A DNA stretch of 64,000 nucleotides from a bacterium (GTDB lineage: Bacteria; Myxococcota; UBA727; JAUIJE01), in contig JAUIJE010000003.1 in NCBI GenBank assembly GCA_030431455.1, positions 8,360 to 72,359 of the forward strand. Direction: 5' to 3'. The translations under genes were made by a program, and so were the position numbers. Positions 8,704 through 18,908 of the stretch are shown here, piece by piece (positions within the stretch are counted from its first letter, which is position 1; each line of letters opens with the position of its first letter). Below the pieces are notes generated by a model, which did no database searches, was not told where the DNA came from, and saw only the letters and a list, made by a program, of their open reading frames with translations.

Positions 8704-10116
8704 CTATGCCGGGGGGAGAAACTTCCCGGGGTTGAGGATGCCGGCGGGGTCAAACGCGGCCTTGAGCCGGCGCTGCAACGCGATGACATCGGGGGAAAGC
8801 TCCAGCCCGAGGTAGCGCATCTTGGCCAAGCCCACCCCGTGTTCGCCGGTGATGGTGCCCTGGCGGTCGACGGTGGCCTTGAACAGGTCTTCCATCAGCG
8901 CCTCGACCCGGGGCATCTCGTCGTCCTCGTCGAACAAGATCTGCACGTGGAGGTTGCCGTCCCCGGCGTGGCCAAACGCACAGGTCTCGAGGTCGTGCTG
9001 CTGCCCCAGCGCGCCCACCACCGCGACCATCTCGGGGATCTTCGAGCGGGGCACGACGATGTCCTCGCTCACCTTTTGTTTTTTGATTTTGCGCGTGGCC
9101 TCGGACAGAAGCCGGCGCGACTCCCAAATGCTGCGGCGTTGCCGCTCGTCGGTGGCGAGCGCGGTGTCGATGGCCCCGCATTCGGTGGCTTCTTCGAGGG
9201 CGCGCGTCAGTTGGGCAAAGGTGCTGGTCTCGTCGTCGCCGTCGGTCTCGACGATGATCGCGGCCTGGGCGTGGTCCGCGAACGGATAGGGAGACCCATG
9301 GTCGCGCACCGCGCGGATGCTGCGGCCGTCCATGTATTCGAGCGTGCGGGGCAGAATGCCCGCGGCGAGGATGCGCGCCACCGCCCGGGCCGCGTCCTCC
9401 GACGACGAGAACACGCAGAGCGCGGTCTTCACCACCCGGGGCTGGGGCAGAAGGCGCAGGGTGATGTTGGTGATGAGACCCAATGTGCCTTCACTGCCGG
9501 TCATGAGCCGGGTGAGGTCATAGCCGGCCACGCCCTTGAGGGTGCGGCGGCCGGTGCGAATGGCTTCGCCGGTGGGCAGCACCACGTCGAGGCCGAGCAC
9601 GTATTCGCCGGTCACGCCGTAGCGCAGGGCGCGCGGGCCGCCGGCGTTCTCCGCCACGTTGCCGCCGAGGGTGCACCACTGCAGCGAGGCTGGGTCCGGG
9701 GGGTAGAACAGCCCCGCTTCCTCGACGACGTCGTGCAGGTCGCGCAACACCGTGCCGGGGGCCACGTCGACGACCATGTTCTCGGTGTCGAGGCTTTGCA
9801 CCCCCACCATGCGGTCGAAGCCGATGACCACCCCGCCGTAGACGGGCACGCAACCACCGGACTTGCCCGTGCCCGCGCCGCGCGGGGTCACGTAGACACC
9901 GCGGTGCGAGGCCTCCTGCATGATGTGCGCGACCTCGGCCGCGGACTGCGGCTGCACGTACACGTCGGGAAACGCGTGAGCCAATCCCGGCGTCTCGTCG
10001 TGCGAGATGGGCTCGAGCTGTTCGCGATCGGTGGTGACGTGCTTTTTGCCCACGATGCGCTCGAGGGCGGGCACGAAGCCATCGGGCAGCGGCTTTTTGT
10101 GCGGCGATGTGGACAT
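8704..10116 (-). CDS. glcD: FAD-linked oxidase (GlcD / D-lactate dehydrogenase family)
   Basis: FAD-binding PCMH domain motifs (TPRGAGTG.. GG; VYGG) and the C-terminal FAD-oxidase_C layout. 470 aa. Confidence 0.85.
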   Translation of the reverse strand: MSTSPHKKPLPDGFVPALERIVGKKHVTTDREQLEPISHDETPGLAHAFPDVYVQPQSAAEVAHIMQEASHRGVYVTPRGAGTGKSGGCVPVYGGVVIGFDRMVGVQSLDTENMVVDVAPGTVLRDLHDVVEEAGLFYPPDPASLQWCTLGGNVAENAGGPRALRYGVTGEYVLGLDVVLPTGEAIRTGRRTLKGVAGYDLTRLMTGSEGTLGLITNITLRLLPQPRVVKTALCVFSSSEDAARAVARILAAGILPRTLEYMDGRSIRAVRDHGSPYPFADHAQAAIIVETDGDDETSTFAQLTRALEEATECGAIDTALATDERQRRSIWESRRLLSEATRKIKKQKVSEDIVVPRSKIPEMVAVVGALGQQHDLETCAFGHAGDGNLHVQILFDEDDEMPRVEALMEDLFKATVDRQGTITGEHGVGLAKMRYLGLELSPDVIALQRRLKAAFDPAGILNPGKFLPPA

Positions 10117-10118
10117 GA

Positions 10119-13100
10119 CTACAAGCTATCGTCGAGGTCGTCGTCGGGCAAACCCCAGCCGAGCTCGTCCTCGCGCTCGACCAGGTCTTGCAACACCTCG
10201 CGCAACGAGCGGGCGTCGTCCTCGGTGAAGTCCCGGACCCCGCCGAGGCCGTCGTCGTGGCCGAACACCAACGCCCCCATGCGCAGGTCGGCCACGCCCT
10301 CGGTGGCCAGCGCACAGGCGTAGGCCGAGAGCTGCTGCCAGGTGGACTCGGACCGGGCCGCGGTGACCGAGGACTTGAGTTCGAGGATGATCGAGCGCTC
10401 GCCCTTTCTCGCGATGAGATCGGCCACCCCGCTGACCACCACCGGGCGGTCAAAGGTGGAGAGCGAGAACGAAAGCGGGGTCTCGAACGCGAGGTCATAC
10501 CCGTCGTCGACCAGGGCCTTCACCGGCCCTTCGAGGGTCAAGCGGGCCCGCTCGACCTGCTCTTTGCCGTGGGGGGTGTGGCTGTCTTGGCCCTCGGCCC
10601 GGGCCACCGCGGACAGGACCGCGTCGAGGCTGGTGCTGTCGTCGAGGGGCGCGCCGTGCTCGAACGCGCGGGCCACGAGCCGGTGCAGCACACGCCCCTT
10701 CCGCTTGGCATAGATGTCGATGGGGCGGGACCCGCGGTGGGCGCGGCCGCCAAAGTCACTGGGCAGGACGCGGAGCGGGCCTTTGGGCGCCTGGGTGGTG
10801 GGCACGTTCTCTGACGAGAGCGCGCGGGCCGCCAGCGGCCGGCGCGGGCCGGGCACGACGTCGACGCGCTCGGAGGGCAGCAACCGCTCGAACGCGTGGG
10901 GGTCGCGGCTTTTGGTCTGTTCGATGATGCGGCGGAGGCTCATGGCCTCGGTGTCGCGCTCTTCCCCGACGAGATAGAGGCGGCGCTCGGCCCGGGTGAG
11001 GGCCACGTAGAGCACCCGGGCGAGCTCGGCTTGTTCTTTTTGGGCCGCGCGCTCGGACAACGTGCGCATCGTGGTGGGCACCGGGTGCCGCCGGCTGTCG
11101 AGGGCGGAGATGGTGCGGCCCCGGGCCGAGACCGCGACCCCGAGGTCAGGGTCGTAGGCGAGATTGGAAAAGGACGGCGGGGGCCGGGCCCCGAGGTCGG
11201 CCACGAACACCACCGGAAACTCCAGGCCCTTGGCCTGGTGGATGGTCATGATCCGGACCGCGTCCGCGTCGGGCTCGAACACCGAGGCTGGGCCCTCCTT
11301 GGGGGGCCGGTCGAGGGTGTTGTAGAGCTTCTCGATGGTGGGGGTGGCGTCGCCGGAGAGGATGCCGCGGAGTTTTTCGAGGTTGGCGAACCGGTCCACC
11401 GCGTCCGAGGTCACGCCCACGGTGAGCAGATAGCCGGTCTCGTCGAGCAAGCGGTCAAAGATCTGCCGCAGGGGGGTGTCGGCGAGACGATTCCGCAGTT
11501 CTTTGAATATCGAATCGAGGTGCAGGAGGCGATCGCCCACCGCCCCGGTGAGCTTGGTGGGGTCTTTGCACAGCTCGGCCCAGCAGAACCGGCGCGCGGG
11601 GGTGAGACCGGTGAGGGCCACGAGGTCGTCGTCAGGGCAGGCCACAAACGCGCTGCGCAAAAGGGCCAAGGTGGCGAGCTCGTCCTCGGGCTCGGTGAGC
11701 AACCGGAGCGCGCAGATCGCGTCGGTGATCTCCGGCCGGGTGTAAAAGCCCGCGCCCCCGGTGATGTGGGCCGGGACCCCGACGTGGGCGAGGGCGAAGG
11801 CGATGTCCGTGGCCGGGGCGATGCGCCGCACGAGCACCGCCATGTCCCGCGGGCGCAGCTTTTCGCCGGTGCCGAGCGGGTTTGTCTCGTCGAGCAGGTC
11901 GCGGATCTTGCGCGCGACCATCACCGCCTCGGCGCGGTCGGCATCGTCCATGTCCCGGGCCAGCGGCTTGAGCATCGCCCCGCCCACCGAGCCCCCGCGC
12001 TTGTGGGGCACGAGCCGGTCCTCGGCATTGAACGGCACCCCAAACGGCCCTTCGGCCAGCGAGTGGGCGGACACGAGGTTGACCAGCTCGAGCACCGCCG
12101 GCTCTGAGCGGTAGTTGACCGCGAGGTTGCGCCGGGTCCCGGTGGCGGGCATCGCCTCGGTGCCCTCGACGAGCACGTCCCGGGTATGGGCAAAAATGCG
12201 CGCGTCCGCCCCGCGAAAACCGTAGATGGATTGTTTGGGGTCACCGACGACAAACAGCCGACCGGGGGCGAGGCGCAGGCTGCCCATCGCCTGCTCACCT
12301 TTTTGGAGCGGCGCGGCCTGGTCCGGGGTCTCGGCCAGCAGCGCGACCAAATCCTCCTGCACCGGGGACGTGTCCTGGTACTCGTCGACCAGCACCCGGT
12401 CGAACCGCGACTTGATGCGCGCCCGGGCCGCGAGGTCGTCGCGCAACAAGTCGCGCGTGCGCACGAGCAGGTCGCCGAAGCCGAGCACCCCGCGCGCGTC
12501 GAGCTCGCGGCGCACCCGCTCCTCGAGCTGCTGCAACATGCTGCACACGACCTCCGCCTGGGGCGCGCTGGCCACGTCGATGAGCGCGGCGCACAGCTCG
12601 TTCAGGTCACCAAAGAACCGAAGCCGGGCATCGTGCACCGCGCCCCGACCAAACGGACGGTCCTCTTTGCGCAGCCGCTCCACCGCGCTCACGATGCGGC
12701 CCTCGTCGTCGGGGCCGGTGTGCTGCAAGGCGTCGAACAGCATCTCCGCGCGGGTGCGCAAGGTGGCCATGCGTTCGATCGCGAAGCGGTCGCCGCTGTG
12801 CTCGGTGGCGGCGAGCAGGTCGCTCAAGGCTTCTCTCAACCGTTGGGCCGCGTCCTTGCGGCGGGCCTCGGCCGCTTTTTGGGTCCTGGCCGGGGTGAGC
12901 TCGGCGGCGGACTTGCCCTGTTCGGACAAGCTTTTGTACACCCCGGCGAGCTGGCTCACGAACCCAAAGCCCGAGCCCGGCGCGCGCAGCTGAAACCGCG
13001 CGGACAGCTCGGCCACGACCTTGTCCCCCGACGAGAGCCGGTCGAGCACGACCCCCTCGGCGGTCTCCGCGAGCAGCAGCCGTTCGTCGGCGTCGTCGAG

Positions 13101-13508
13101 CAGCTGAAAGCCGGGGTCGATGCCCGCGGACAGCGCGAGCTCGCCCTTGAGCAGGCTCACGCACAAGGCATGGAAGGTCGAGATGGGCGCGCCGGGCAAG
13201 TGGCGCGAGAGCCACTCGGCGTCGCTGGGGGTCAGCGGGGGCAAGCCGTGCTCGTCGAGCCGCGCGCTCAGCTCCTCGGGGATGAGACGGGACCGGGCGA
13301 TTTCGGACAGCTGCCCGGCCACGCGGCTTTTCATCTCCGCCGCGGCTTTGTCGGTGAAGGTGATGGCCACCACCCGGTGGGGCGAGCGCACCTTGCCGTC
13401 AAGGTCAGCGCCGAACAAGCTGGCCACGTATTCGCCGACCAGGGCGCGGGTCTTGCCCGCCCCGGCCCCGGCCACCACAATGACATTGGGGGTGCGGGGC
13501 GCGGTCAT
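10119..13508 (-). CDS. addA: AddA/RecB-like UvrD-family helicase-nuclease
   Basis: The real start is at MTAPRTPNVIVVAGAGAGKTR (Walker A); the upstream R/P-rich extension of the ORF is rejected. UvrD helicase motifs follow, with a C-terminal PD-(D/E)xK nuclease motif (GVADLIARKGERSIILELKSS). The ATG overlaps the addB stop (ATGA). Confidence 0.8.
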   Translation of the reverse strand: MTAPRTPNVIVVAGAGAGKTRALVGEYVASLFGADLDGKVRSPHRVVAITFTDKAAAEMKSRVAGQLSEIARSRLIPEELSARLDEHGLPPLTPSDAEWLSRHLPGAPISTFHALCVSLLKGELALSAGIDPGFQLLDDADERLLLAETAEGVVLDRLSSGDKVVAELSARFQLRAPGSGFGFVSQLAGVYKSLSEQGKSAAELTPARTQKAAEARRKDAAQRLREALSDLLAATEHSGDRFAIERMATLRTRAEMLFDALQHTGPDDEGRIVSAVERLRKEDRPFGRGAVHDARLRFFGDLNELCAALIDVASAPQAEVVCSMLQQLEERVRRELDARGVLGFGDLLVRTRDLLRDDLAARARIKSRFDRVLVDEYQDTSPVQEDLVALLAETPDQAAPLQKGEQAMGSLRLAPGRLFVVGDPKQSIYGFRGADARIFAHTRDVLVEGTEAMPATGTRRNLAVNYRSEPAVLELVNLVSAHSLAEGPFGVPFNAEDRLVPHKRGGSVGGAMLKPLARDMDDADRAEAVMVARKIRDLLDETNPLGTGEKLRPRDMAVLVRRIAPATDIAFALAHVGVPAHITGGAGFYTRPEITDAICALRLLTEPEDELATLALLRSAFVACPDDDLVALTGLTPARRFCWAELCKDPTKLTGAVGDRLLHLDSIFKELRNRLADTPLRQIFDRLLDETGYLLTVGVTSDAVDRFANLEKLRGILSGDATPTIEKLYNTLDRPPKEGPASVFEPDADAVRIMTIHQAKGLEFPVVFVADLGARPPPSFSNLAYDPDLGVAVSARGRTISALDSRRHPVPTTMRTLSERAAQKEQAELARVLYVALTRAERRLYLVGEERDTEAMSLRRIIEQTKSRDPHAFERLLPSERVDVVPGPRRPLAARALSSENVPTTQAPKGPLRVLPSDFGGRAHRGSRPIDIYAKRKGRVLHRLVARAFEHGAPLDDSTSLDAVLSAVARAEGQDSHTPHGKEQVERARLTLEGPVKALVDDGYDLAFETPLSFSLSTFDRPVVVSGVADLIARKGERSIILELKSSVTAARSESTWQQLSAYACALATEGVADLRMGALVFGHDDGLGGVRDFTEDDARSLREVLQDLVEREDELGWGLPDDDLDDSL

Positions 13509-16500
13509 GACGCGTCCTCGGGCGCGGCGAACGCATCGTCTTTTTTGCACGCCCGGGCCAGGCGGCAAAAGCGGCACGTACGCGAGGGCCGCGCCTCGAT
13601 GCGCCCCTCGAACAGCGGGTCGAGCACCCGGCCCAGCCCGTGGGCGAGCCCGTCCTCGGCGTGGTCGTCGAGCACCCGGCGCGTGAGCTGCCCATCTTTG
13701 CCCAGCACGTCGCTGGCTTCGCCATCGCGGAGCGAGACCAAGTAGGCGTACAGCTCGGGCCGGCCCTTTTTCATCCCGTGCGCGACGAGGCGCAGGTAGA
13801 GGGGGAGCTGGAAGTGTTCGGTGAGGATTTTTTTGCTCCACACCTTGCTGCGCACCGCTTGGCCGGTGCTGTTTTTGTAGTCGACCACGACCAGGGCTTT
13901 GCGCCGGCCGTCCTCGCTGGGCGGGCTCGCGTCCACCCGGTCGATTTCGCCCCCGATGTACAAGGTGCGGCCCGAGACCTCGATGGGCACCGCGGGGGCC
14001 GCGGGCGGGGGCGCGCCGCGCTTGTGGACCCCGATGTTGCCCTCGAACTTGAGCGGGACCACGTCGGGGACGGGGGGCGTTCGGGCCAGGTTCGCCACGG
14101 TACGAGACAGTGACATTTTGAGCCAATCGATGTTGGCCGAGAGCGCGGCCAGGTGCCCGGTCTCTTTGCCCGCGAGCAGCGGCGCGGCCTCTTCGTCGAC
14201 GAGGGCGAGCAGGCGGGCCTTTTCATCGGCGTTGTAGGTCTTGATCGCCACCTGGCGCTCTTTGCGCGACCGGTAGTACCGCTCGAGCACCTTGTGGGCG
14301 AGCGAACCGAGCACCCGGGCGTCCGCGTCCTGGCCCCCCTCGGGGTTGGTGTCGACCTTGGCCATGTGTTCGACAAAGCCCTTGAAGGGACATTGGGCGA
14401 GCGCCTCCAGGCGCGTGGGGGTCAGGGGGCGCTCTTCTTTGAGCCCGAGCAGGTGCCCGTACTGCTCGTGCACCCGGGCCGCGTCCACCCGGAACGCAAA
14501 CGGCGCGGACTTGTCTTCCCCCGGCCGGGCGGCGAAGAACTTGGTGCGCTCTTGCACCATCTGCACCGTGCGCGCCACGAGCCCGGCCCGGTCGTCGTCG
14601 ATGACCAAGGGCTCACCTTTGACCAACTGGTCTTTCAGCGCGCGGCCCAATGCCAATGTCGCTTCTTTGGGGTGCGCATCGACGGCGAAGGCCGGCCCCG
14701 CCTGCGCCGCCCCCGGCTCGGCCCCGAGGGCGATGAGCGAGGCCTCAAAAAAATCAGACACCGCCCGCTCACGCCCCTTTTCGTCGCGCACCGACGCGGT
14801 GATGAGCAGGCCCTTGTCGGCGGCCGCGGCCGCGGACTTGAACCACAGAAGCTCGAGGGCTTGGCGCGGGGCCACCGCCCCGGGCTCGATGCTGTCTGCC
14901 TCGTCGAGCCAGAGCACGCGCTGGCCGAGGCTCTTGTTGACCAGGATCTTGTCCGCGTCGGGGAACAGGGGATTTTTCCGTTCGGGGCTGGGCAGCTTTT
15001 GGTGCACGCAGTCGGCGATGACCACGTAGTCGAAGCGCAGACCAAACGCCGCCGGCAGGCTCATCATCTCCACCGCGCCGAGGTTGCGCTCGGGGGCGGG
15101 GCGCGTCTTTTGTTCGGCCAGCACGCGCTCCAGCAACCGGGTGAACGCGCTGAGCTCGACCACGCCCTCGTCGTCGCCGTCTTTGAGCAAGGCCTCGACG
15201 GTGCGCTCGGCCTCGTCGAGGGTCTCGCGCACCGCGGTGGTGCCCGCGCCCTCGGCCTCGACCAGCGCCTCCTCCGCGAGGGACCGCGCACACTGCAAGT
15301 ACGCGCGCAGGGTGGCCCGGCGTTTGATCCTGCGCACGTCGAGCATGGTGGCCTCGACGAGGTCGAGGGCCATGCGCGCGCGGTCCTTTTCCTCGTCGCG
15401 GGCGTTGCCCTGCAAGAACCGCTCGAGCCGGTGGCGGTAGCCGCCCTCGGGGCGGGTGCTGTCCTCGGCGTCGGCCCGGGCCACCGCGGTGCGCAGGGCG
15501 CGCGCCACCCGGCCCAATGTCTCTGGGGCCGCGCGGTGGCGGTAGGCGATGCGCGAGAGCAAGGCGAGCACCTGGTCGCGGGGCGCGCCATCTCGACGGA
15601 GCTCGAACAAATCGAGCAGGGCCCGGCCCGCGGGGGTGTCGAGCAGGGGGCGGCCCTCGCGGCGGCGCACGTCGAGGCCGAACGCGGAGAGCTCGTCTTC
15701 GATGCGGTCCGCGCTTTTGTCGAGGTTGCGCAACAGCACCGCGATGCGCGGGGCTTCGTCGGCGGTGCGGGCCCAATGGCTGACCACGCCGGCGATGCGC
15801 CGGGCCTCCTTGGCCGCGGTGGACACCCGCTCGACCCGCACCGGCAAGTCCGCGGTCAACGCCTCGTCGGTGACCGCCGAGGTGTACCAGGTCTCGACGA
15901 AGTCCCGGGTGGGCGACCCCTCGCCGAGGGGCTCGTGGAACAGCTCGAGGTGCGGGGCCTCGTAGTGTTTTTCGATCTCGTCCGCGATCCAGCGCACCGC
16001 GGGGGAAAAGCCGCCGCCCACGTCGAGGGGCAAGACGTACTCGAGGGGCAGGCCACGGTCGGCGAGGCCGAGCACGCAAGACAGCTCGGTGCGGGTGGGC
16101 TCGACCACCTTATCGATGCGCACCGCGCGGTACCGCAACAGCGAAGGCGGAATCTCGACCTCGTCCATCGCCAATGCCAGTGCATACGAACGGTCCACAA
16201 AGAGCGAACGCTCCATGCGCCCTTGCACCCGGCCCGCGAGCTTCAACAGGTCGGCGATGGACTCTTGGCGCGCGCCCTGGCCGGCCAAGCGGGGCACGAC
16301 CTCGGACAGGCCCACACGTTCGTCGGTGAACCCGCGCGAGAGCCGGGCGAGCTCGACCGCGAGCCGCGCCCCCCACGGGCTTTGCCGGGCCAGCTCCAAC
16401 GCCGCGGCCCAGAGCCGCGCGTCATCGTTGCGCACCAGGGCCGCGTGCCGCACGAACGTGATCAAACGCACGCGTTCGAGGAACTCTTCAAACGTGCACA

Positions 16501-16654
16501 GCACCGCGCCCCCGATGAGGTCCGGGGGCGCGGTCCAGGCCCCCGGATCTGTCATGGCGCGCCGGGGCACGACGACCAATGTTGGTCGGGCGGGAGCGGG
16601 CGCCGGATCATCGGGAAAGAACCCGAGCTGGTCGTCGGTGGGCGGAGGCGCCAT
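13505..16654 (-). CDS. addB: AddB-like PD-(D/E)xK nuclease subunit with C-terminal Fe-S Cys cluster
   Basis: 1049-aa protein directly upstream of, and translationally coupled to, the UvrD-type subunit. The C-terminus CRFCRLARAC, plus an upstream Cys, resembles the AddB iron-staple nuclease domain. Confidence 0.65.
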   Translation of the reverse strand: MAPPPTDDQLGFFPDDPAPAPARPTLVVVPRRAMTDPGAWTAPPDLIGGAVLCTFEEFLERVRLITFVRHAALVRNDDARLWAAALELARQSPWGARLAVELARLSRGFTDERVGLSEVVPRLAGQGARQESIADLLKLAGRVQGRMERSLFVDRSYALALAMDEVEIPPSLLRYRAVRIDKVVEPTRTELSCVLGLADRGLPLEYVLPLDVGGGFSPAVRWIADEIEKHYEAPHLELFHEPLGEGSPTRDFVETWYTSAVTDEALTADLPVRVERVSTAAKEARRIAGVVSHWARTADEAPRIAVLLRNLDKSADRIEDELSAFGLDVRRREGRPLLDTPAGRALLDLFELRRDGAPRDQVLALLSRIAYRHRAAPETLGRVARALRTAVARADAEDSTRPEGGYRHRLERFLQGNARDEEKDRARMALDLVEATMLDVRRIKRRATLRAYLQCARSLAEEALVEAEGAGTTAVRETLDEAERTVEALLKDGDDEGVVELSAFTRLLERVLAEQKTRPAPERNLGAVEMMSLPAAFGLRFDYVVIADCVHQKLPSPERKNPLFPDADKILVNKSLGQRVLWLDEADSIEPGAVAPRQALELLWFKSAAAAADKGLLITASVRDEKGRERAVSDFFEASLIALGAEPGAAQAGPAFAVDAHPKEATLALGRALKDQLVKGEPLVIDDDRAGLVARTVQMVQERTKFFAARPGEDKSAPFAFRVDAARVHEQYGHLLGLKEERPLTPTRLEALAQCPFKGFVEHMAKVDTNPEGGQDADARVLGSLAHKVLERYYRSRKERQVAIKTYNADEKARLLALVDEEAAPLLAGKETGHLAALSANIDWLKMSLSRTVANLARTPPVPDVVPLKFEGNIGVHKRGAPPPAAPAVPIEVSGRTLYIGGEIDRVDASPPSEDGRRKALVVVDYKNSTGQAVRSKVWSKKILTEHFQLPLYLRLVAHGMKKGRPELYAYLVSLRDGEASDVLGKDGQLTRRVLDDHAEDGLAHGLGRVLDPLFEGRIEARPSRTCRFCRLARACKKDDAFAAPEDAS

Positions 16655-16732
16655 GGAATCGAGCTTAGGCCGGGAACGTTTCCAGACAAAGGCGGGTCAG
16701 TCCGTCTAAGATTGAAAGTTGAGCGCGTCGGA

Positions 16733-17584
16733 ATGGGTTTTTTCACCGCCCTGTCCCATTTTTTTGGAGCCCGTCGCCGGTTTGTGCGCCGGCTCGGCAG
16801 CCTGTGCCTGGTGGTGCTCGGGGTGCACGCGGCCGGTGACCTCATCGACAACGGCGTGTTCGCGGTCCTCGACAAGGTCGACCTGTTTTTCGACGAGCTG
16901 GTGTGGAAGGTCCTCGACACCGTGGCCGGCTGGGGCCTGTTCTCGGTCGACCGCGCCGCCGATTGGTCGACCCGGTTTGCCGACTGGGTCGACGTCGAGG
17001 CCAAACAAACGCTGGGTCTGTGGCTCGCGCTGATCGTGGAGATCGGGGTGGTGCTGGTGCTGCTCGACTTTGTGTGGGGGCGGCGCCAAGCGTCCCACGA
17101 TGTGAAGGAGCGCGGCATCAAGGGCGAGTTCATGCGCTCGGTGCGCGAGCTGGGCGAAGCGTTCACCGCGTTTGACCTCGAGCGGGTGGCGATCGTGCCC
17201 GTGGTGCTGTGCTTTTCGTTGAGCGGAGCGCTCTGGGCCGGGCGCGGTCTGGAGACGATCTTTTCGCAGCTGTTCACCGACGTGGCCCCGCTGTGGCGCT
17301 TGGGGGTCAACGTCGCCGCGAGCGGCGGCCTGCTCGCGGCCTTGCTGTTGGTGTGGCGCTTTGTGCCCGACCTCGTCGACGGGGCCATCCTGCGCGCCCA
17401 CGACCGCGCCCTCGAACAGCTCGACACCAAAGAACTCGACAAGCCCCCGCCGATGAAAAAGCGTCTGCGCATGGCCCTGCGGGGCGCGCCGTTGGCGTTT
17501 GTGGTGCTGCCCTTGGCGGTGGTGAGCGTGTTCACCGAGGGTTCATTCCTCGAGCTCATCGGGCGGATCGGAGCGGCGCTGTGA
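16733..17584 (+). CDS. membrane protein, hypothetical
   Basis: Several hydrophobic helices (MGFFTALSHFF.., LWLALIVEIGVVLVLL, VPVVLCFSLSGALWAG, LLAALLLVWRFV). Only the 3' part of the long spurious ORF 14153..17584 is taken as coding, because its 5' part lies antisense to addB. Confidence 0.45.
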   Translation: MGFFTALSHFFGARRRFVRRLGSLCLVVLGVHAAGDLIDNGVFAVLDKVDLFFDELVWKVLDTVAGWGLFSVDRAADWSTRFADWVDVEAKQTLGLWLALIVEIGVVLVLLDFVWGRRQASHDVKERGIKGEFMRSVRELGEAFTAFDLERVAIVPVVLCFSLSGALWAGRGLETIFSQLFTDVAPLWRLGVNVAASGGLLAALLLVWRFVPDLVDGAILRAHDRALEQLDTKELDKPPPMKKRLRMALRGAPLAFVVLPLAVVSVFTEGSFLELIGRIGAAL

Positions 17585-18777
17585 CCGACTTCGACCTGAG
17601 CAAGTTCGACTTGCCCCCGGCGGGGGCCAGCGCGGCTGAGCCCAAAAAGGACGTGAAGGTCCGCGGGCTGTTCGACGCCCTGCTCTGCCTGGTGCTGCTG
17701 TACGGGGCCTACGCCCACACCCCGGTGGGGGCGGTGCTCGAGTACGGGGTGCGCACCGCCTTGGGCAGCAAGAACAAGCCGTCGCTGTTCGCGTCGTTTC
17801 GCGGGGCGGACACCGAGGTCAAGCTCGATGCAGCCTCATTTGATGGCCAGTCGGTGCACGCCGCGGACCAGCTGCCCTCCCCCATCGAGGACGCGGTCAA
17901 GCTCACCAAGGTCAACGGGGAGTTGCTGGCGTCTCTCGTCGCCCTGCACGGCAGCTGCGAACTCGGCGGGTGCACGATCAAGACCCCGCCCTTCTTGGAG
18001 GACCTGCTCGAGGCCGACCTCAGGGACGACACCGTGCCCATTGCTCAAGTGGCATTGGGTATCGCCAAGGGCAAGCGCCGCTTTTTGTCCGCCGAGACCG
18101 CCACCGAAGCGATGTTCATCGCCCCCTTCGTCGTCGAGCGCGCGGTGCGCCAAGCCGAAGCCTCCGGCCTCGACCGGCCCGAAGACATCAACGTGCACAG
18201 CGACTTTTTCCCCGCCAACATCCGGCGCGGGGCGATGCAGGACGCGATCCAGGTCCTCGCCCTCTACCGCATGCGCACGTTGGCCTGGCCCACCCCCGCC
18301 ACCGCCCGCGTGACCTCGCCCTTCGGCTACCGCACCCACCCCGTGCTCAAGACCCGCCGCTTTCACAATGGCACTGACATCGGGGTGCGCACCGGCACCC
18401 CGCTGCGCTCGGCCCACCGCGGCATCATCAAACGCAGCGGGTATGACTCGGTGAGCGGCAACTACGTGCACATCGACCACGGCTTCGGCATCGTCTCCAC
18501 CCACTGCCACATGAGCGAGACCCAGGTGAAGCAGGACCAGCACGTGGGCCGCCTCGACGTCGTCGGTTTGTCCGGGGCCACCGGCCGGGTCACCGGGCCC
18601 CACCTCCATTACATTGTGCGGGTGGACAAAAAGGCGGTCGACCCCCAGGCCTATGGCGAGGCCCCCCGCCGCAAGACCAAGCTCGACATGGACGGCAAAG
18701 AGCCGGTGACCCCCAAGGTGTTCCAGAAGAAGAACACCCCCGACGCCGGGCCGGACGCAAACACCCCCGCGCCCTGA
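17581..18777 (+). CDS. M23 family metallopeptidase (LytM/lysostaphin-like)
   Basis: M23 motifs HNGTDI and GPHLHY in the C-terminal domain. The start is tentatively a GTG overlapping the upstream stop (GTGA); the start is uncertain. Confidence 0.7.
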   Translation: MTDFDLSKFDLPPAGASAAEPKKDVKVRGLFDALLCLVLLYGAYAHTPVGAVLEYGVRTALGSKNKPSLFASFRGADTEVKLDAASFDGQSVHAADQLPSPIEDAVKLTKVNGELLASLVALHGSCELGGCTIKTPPFLEDLLEADLRDDTVPIAQVALGIAKGKRRFLSAETATEAMFIAPFVVERAVRQAEASGLDRPEDINVHSDFFPANIRRGAMQDAIQVLALYRMRTLAWPTPATARVTSPFGYRTHPVLKTRRFHNGTDIGVRTGTPLRSAHRGIIKRSGYDSVSGNYVHIDHGFGIVSTHCHMSETQVKQDQHVGRLDVVGLSGATGRVTGPHLHYIVRVDKKAVDPQAYGEAPRRKTKLDMDGKEPVTPKVFQKKNTPDAGPDANTPAP

Positions 18778-18908
18778 TCGCCTGGCGATCGGCGCATATC
18801 GCGCACCCGCGAAAATCTGGCCCCTGGCGCCGCATGCCCACGCGGTCCCGCCGAGGTGGGCAAAGGTGGCACACTCGCTGCACAAGCCCGGGCACGAAAG
18901 GCCTCGCC

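Noticed and set aside
13509-14126. 206-aa N-terminal extension of the addA ORF
   Set aside because: R/P/G-rich with no helicase motifs. The Walker-A-containing N-terminus begins at the internal ATG (13508), which also forms an ATGA overlap with the addB stop.
14153-16732. 5' part of the 1143-aa ORF 14153..17584(+)
   Set aside because: Antisense to addB and compositionally biased. Only the 3' membrane-protein part (16733..17584) has protein-like composition.
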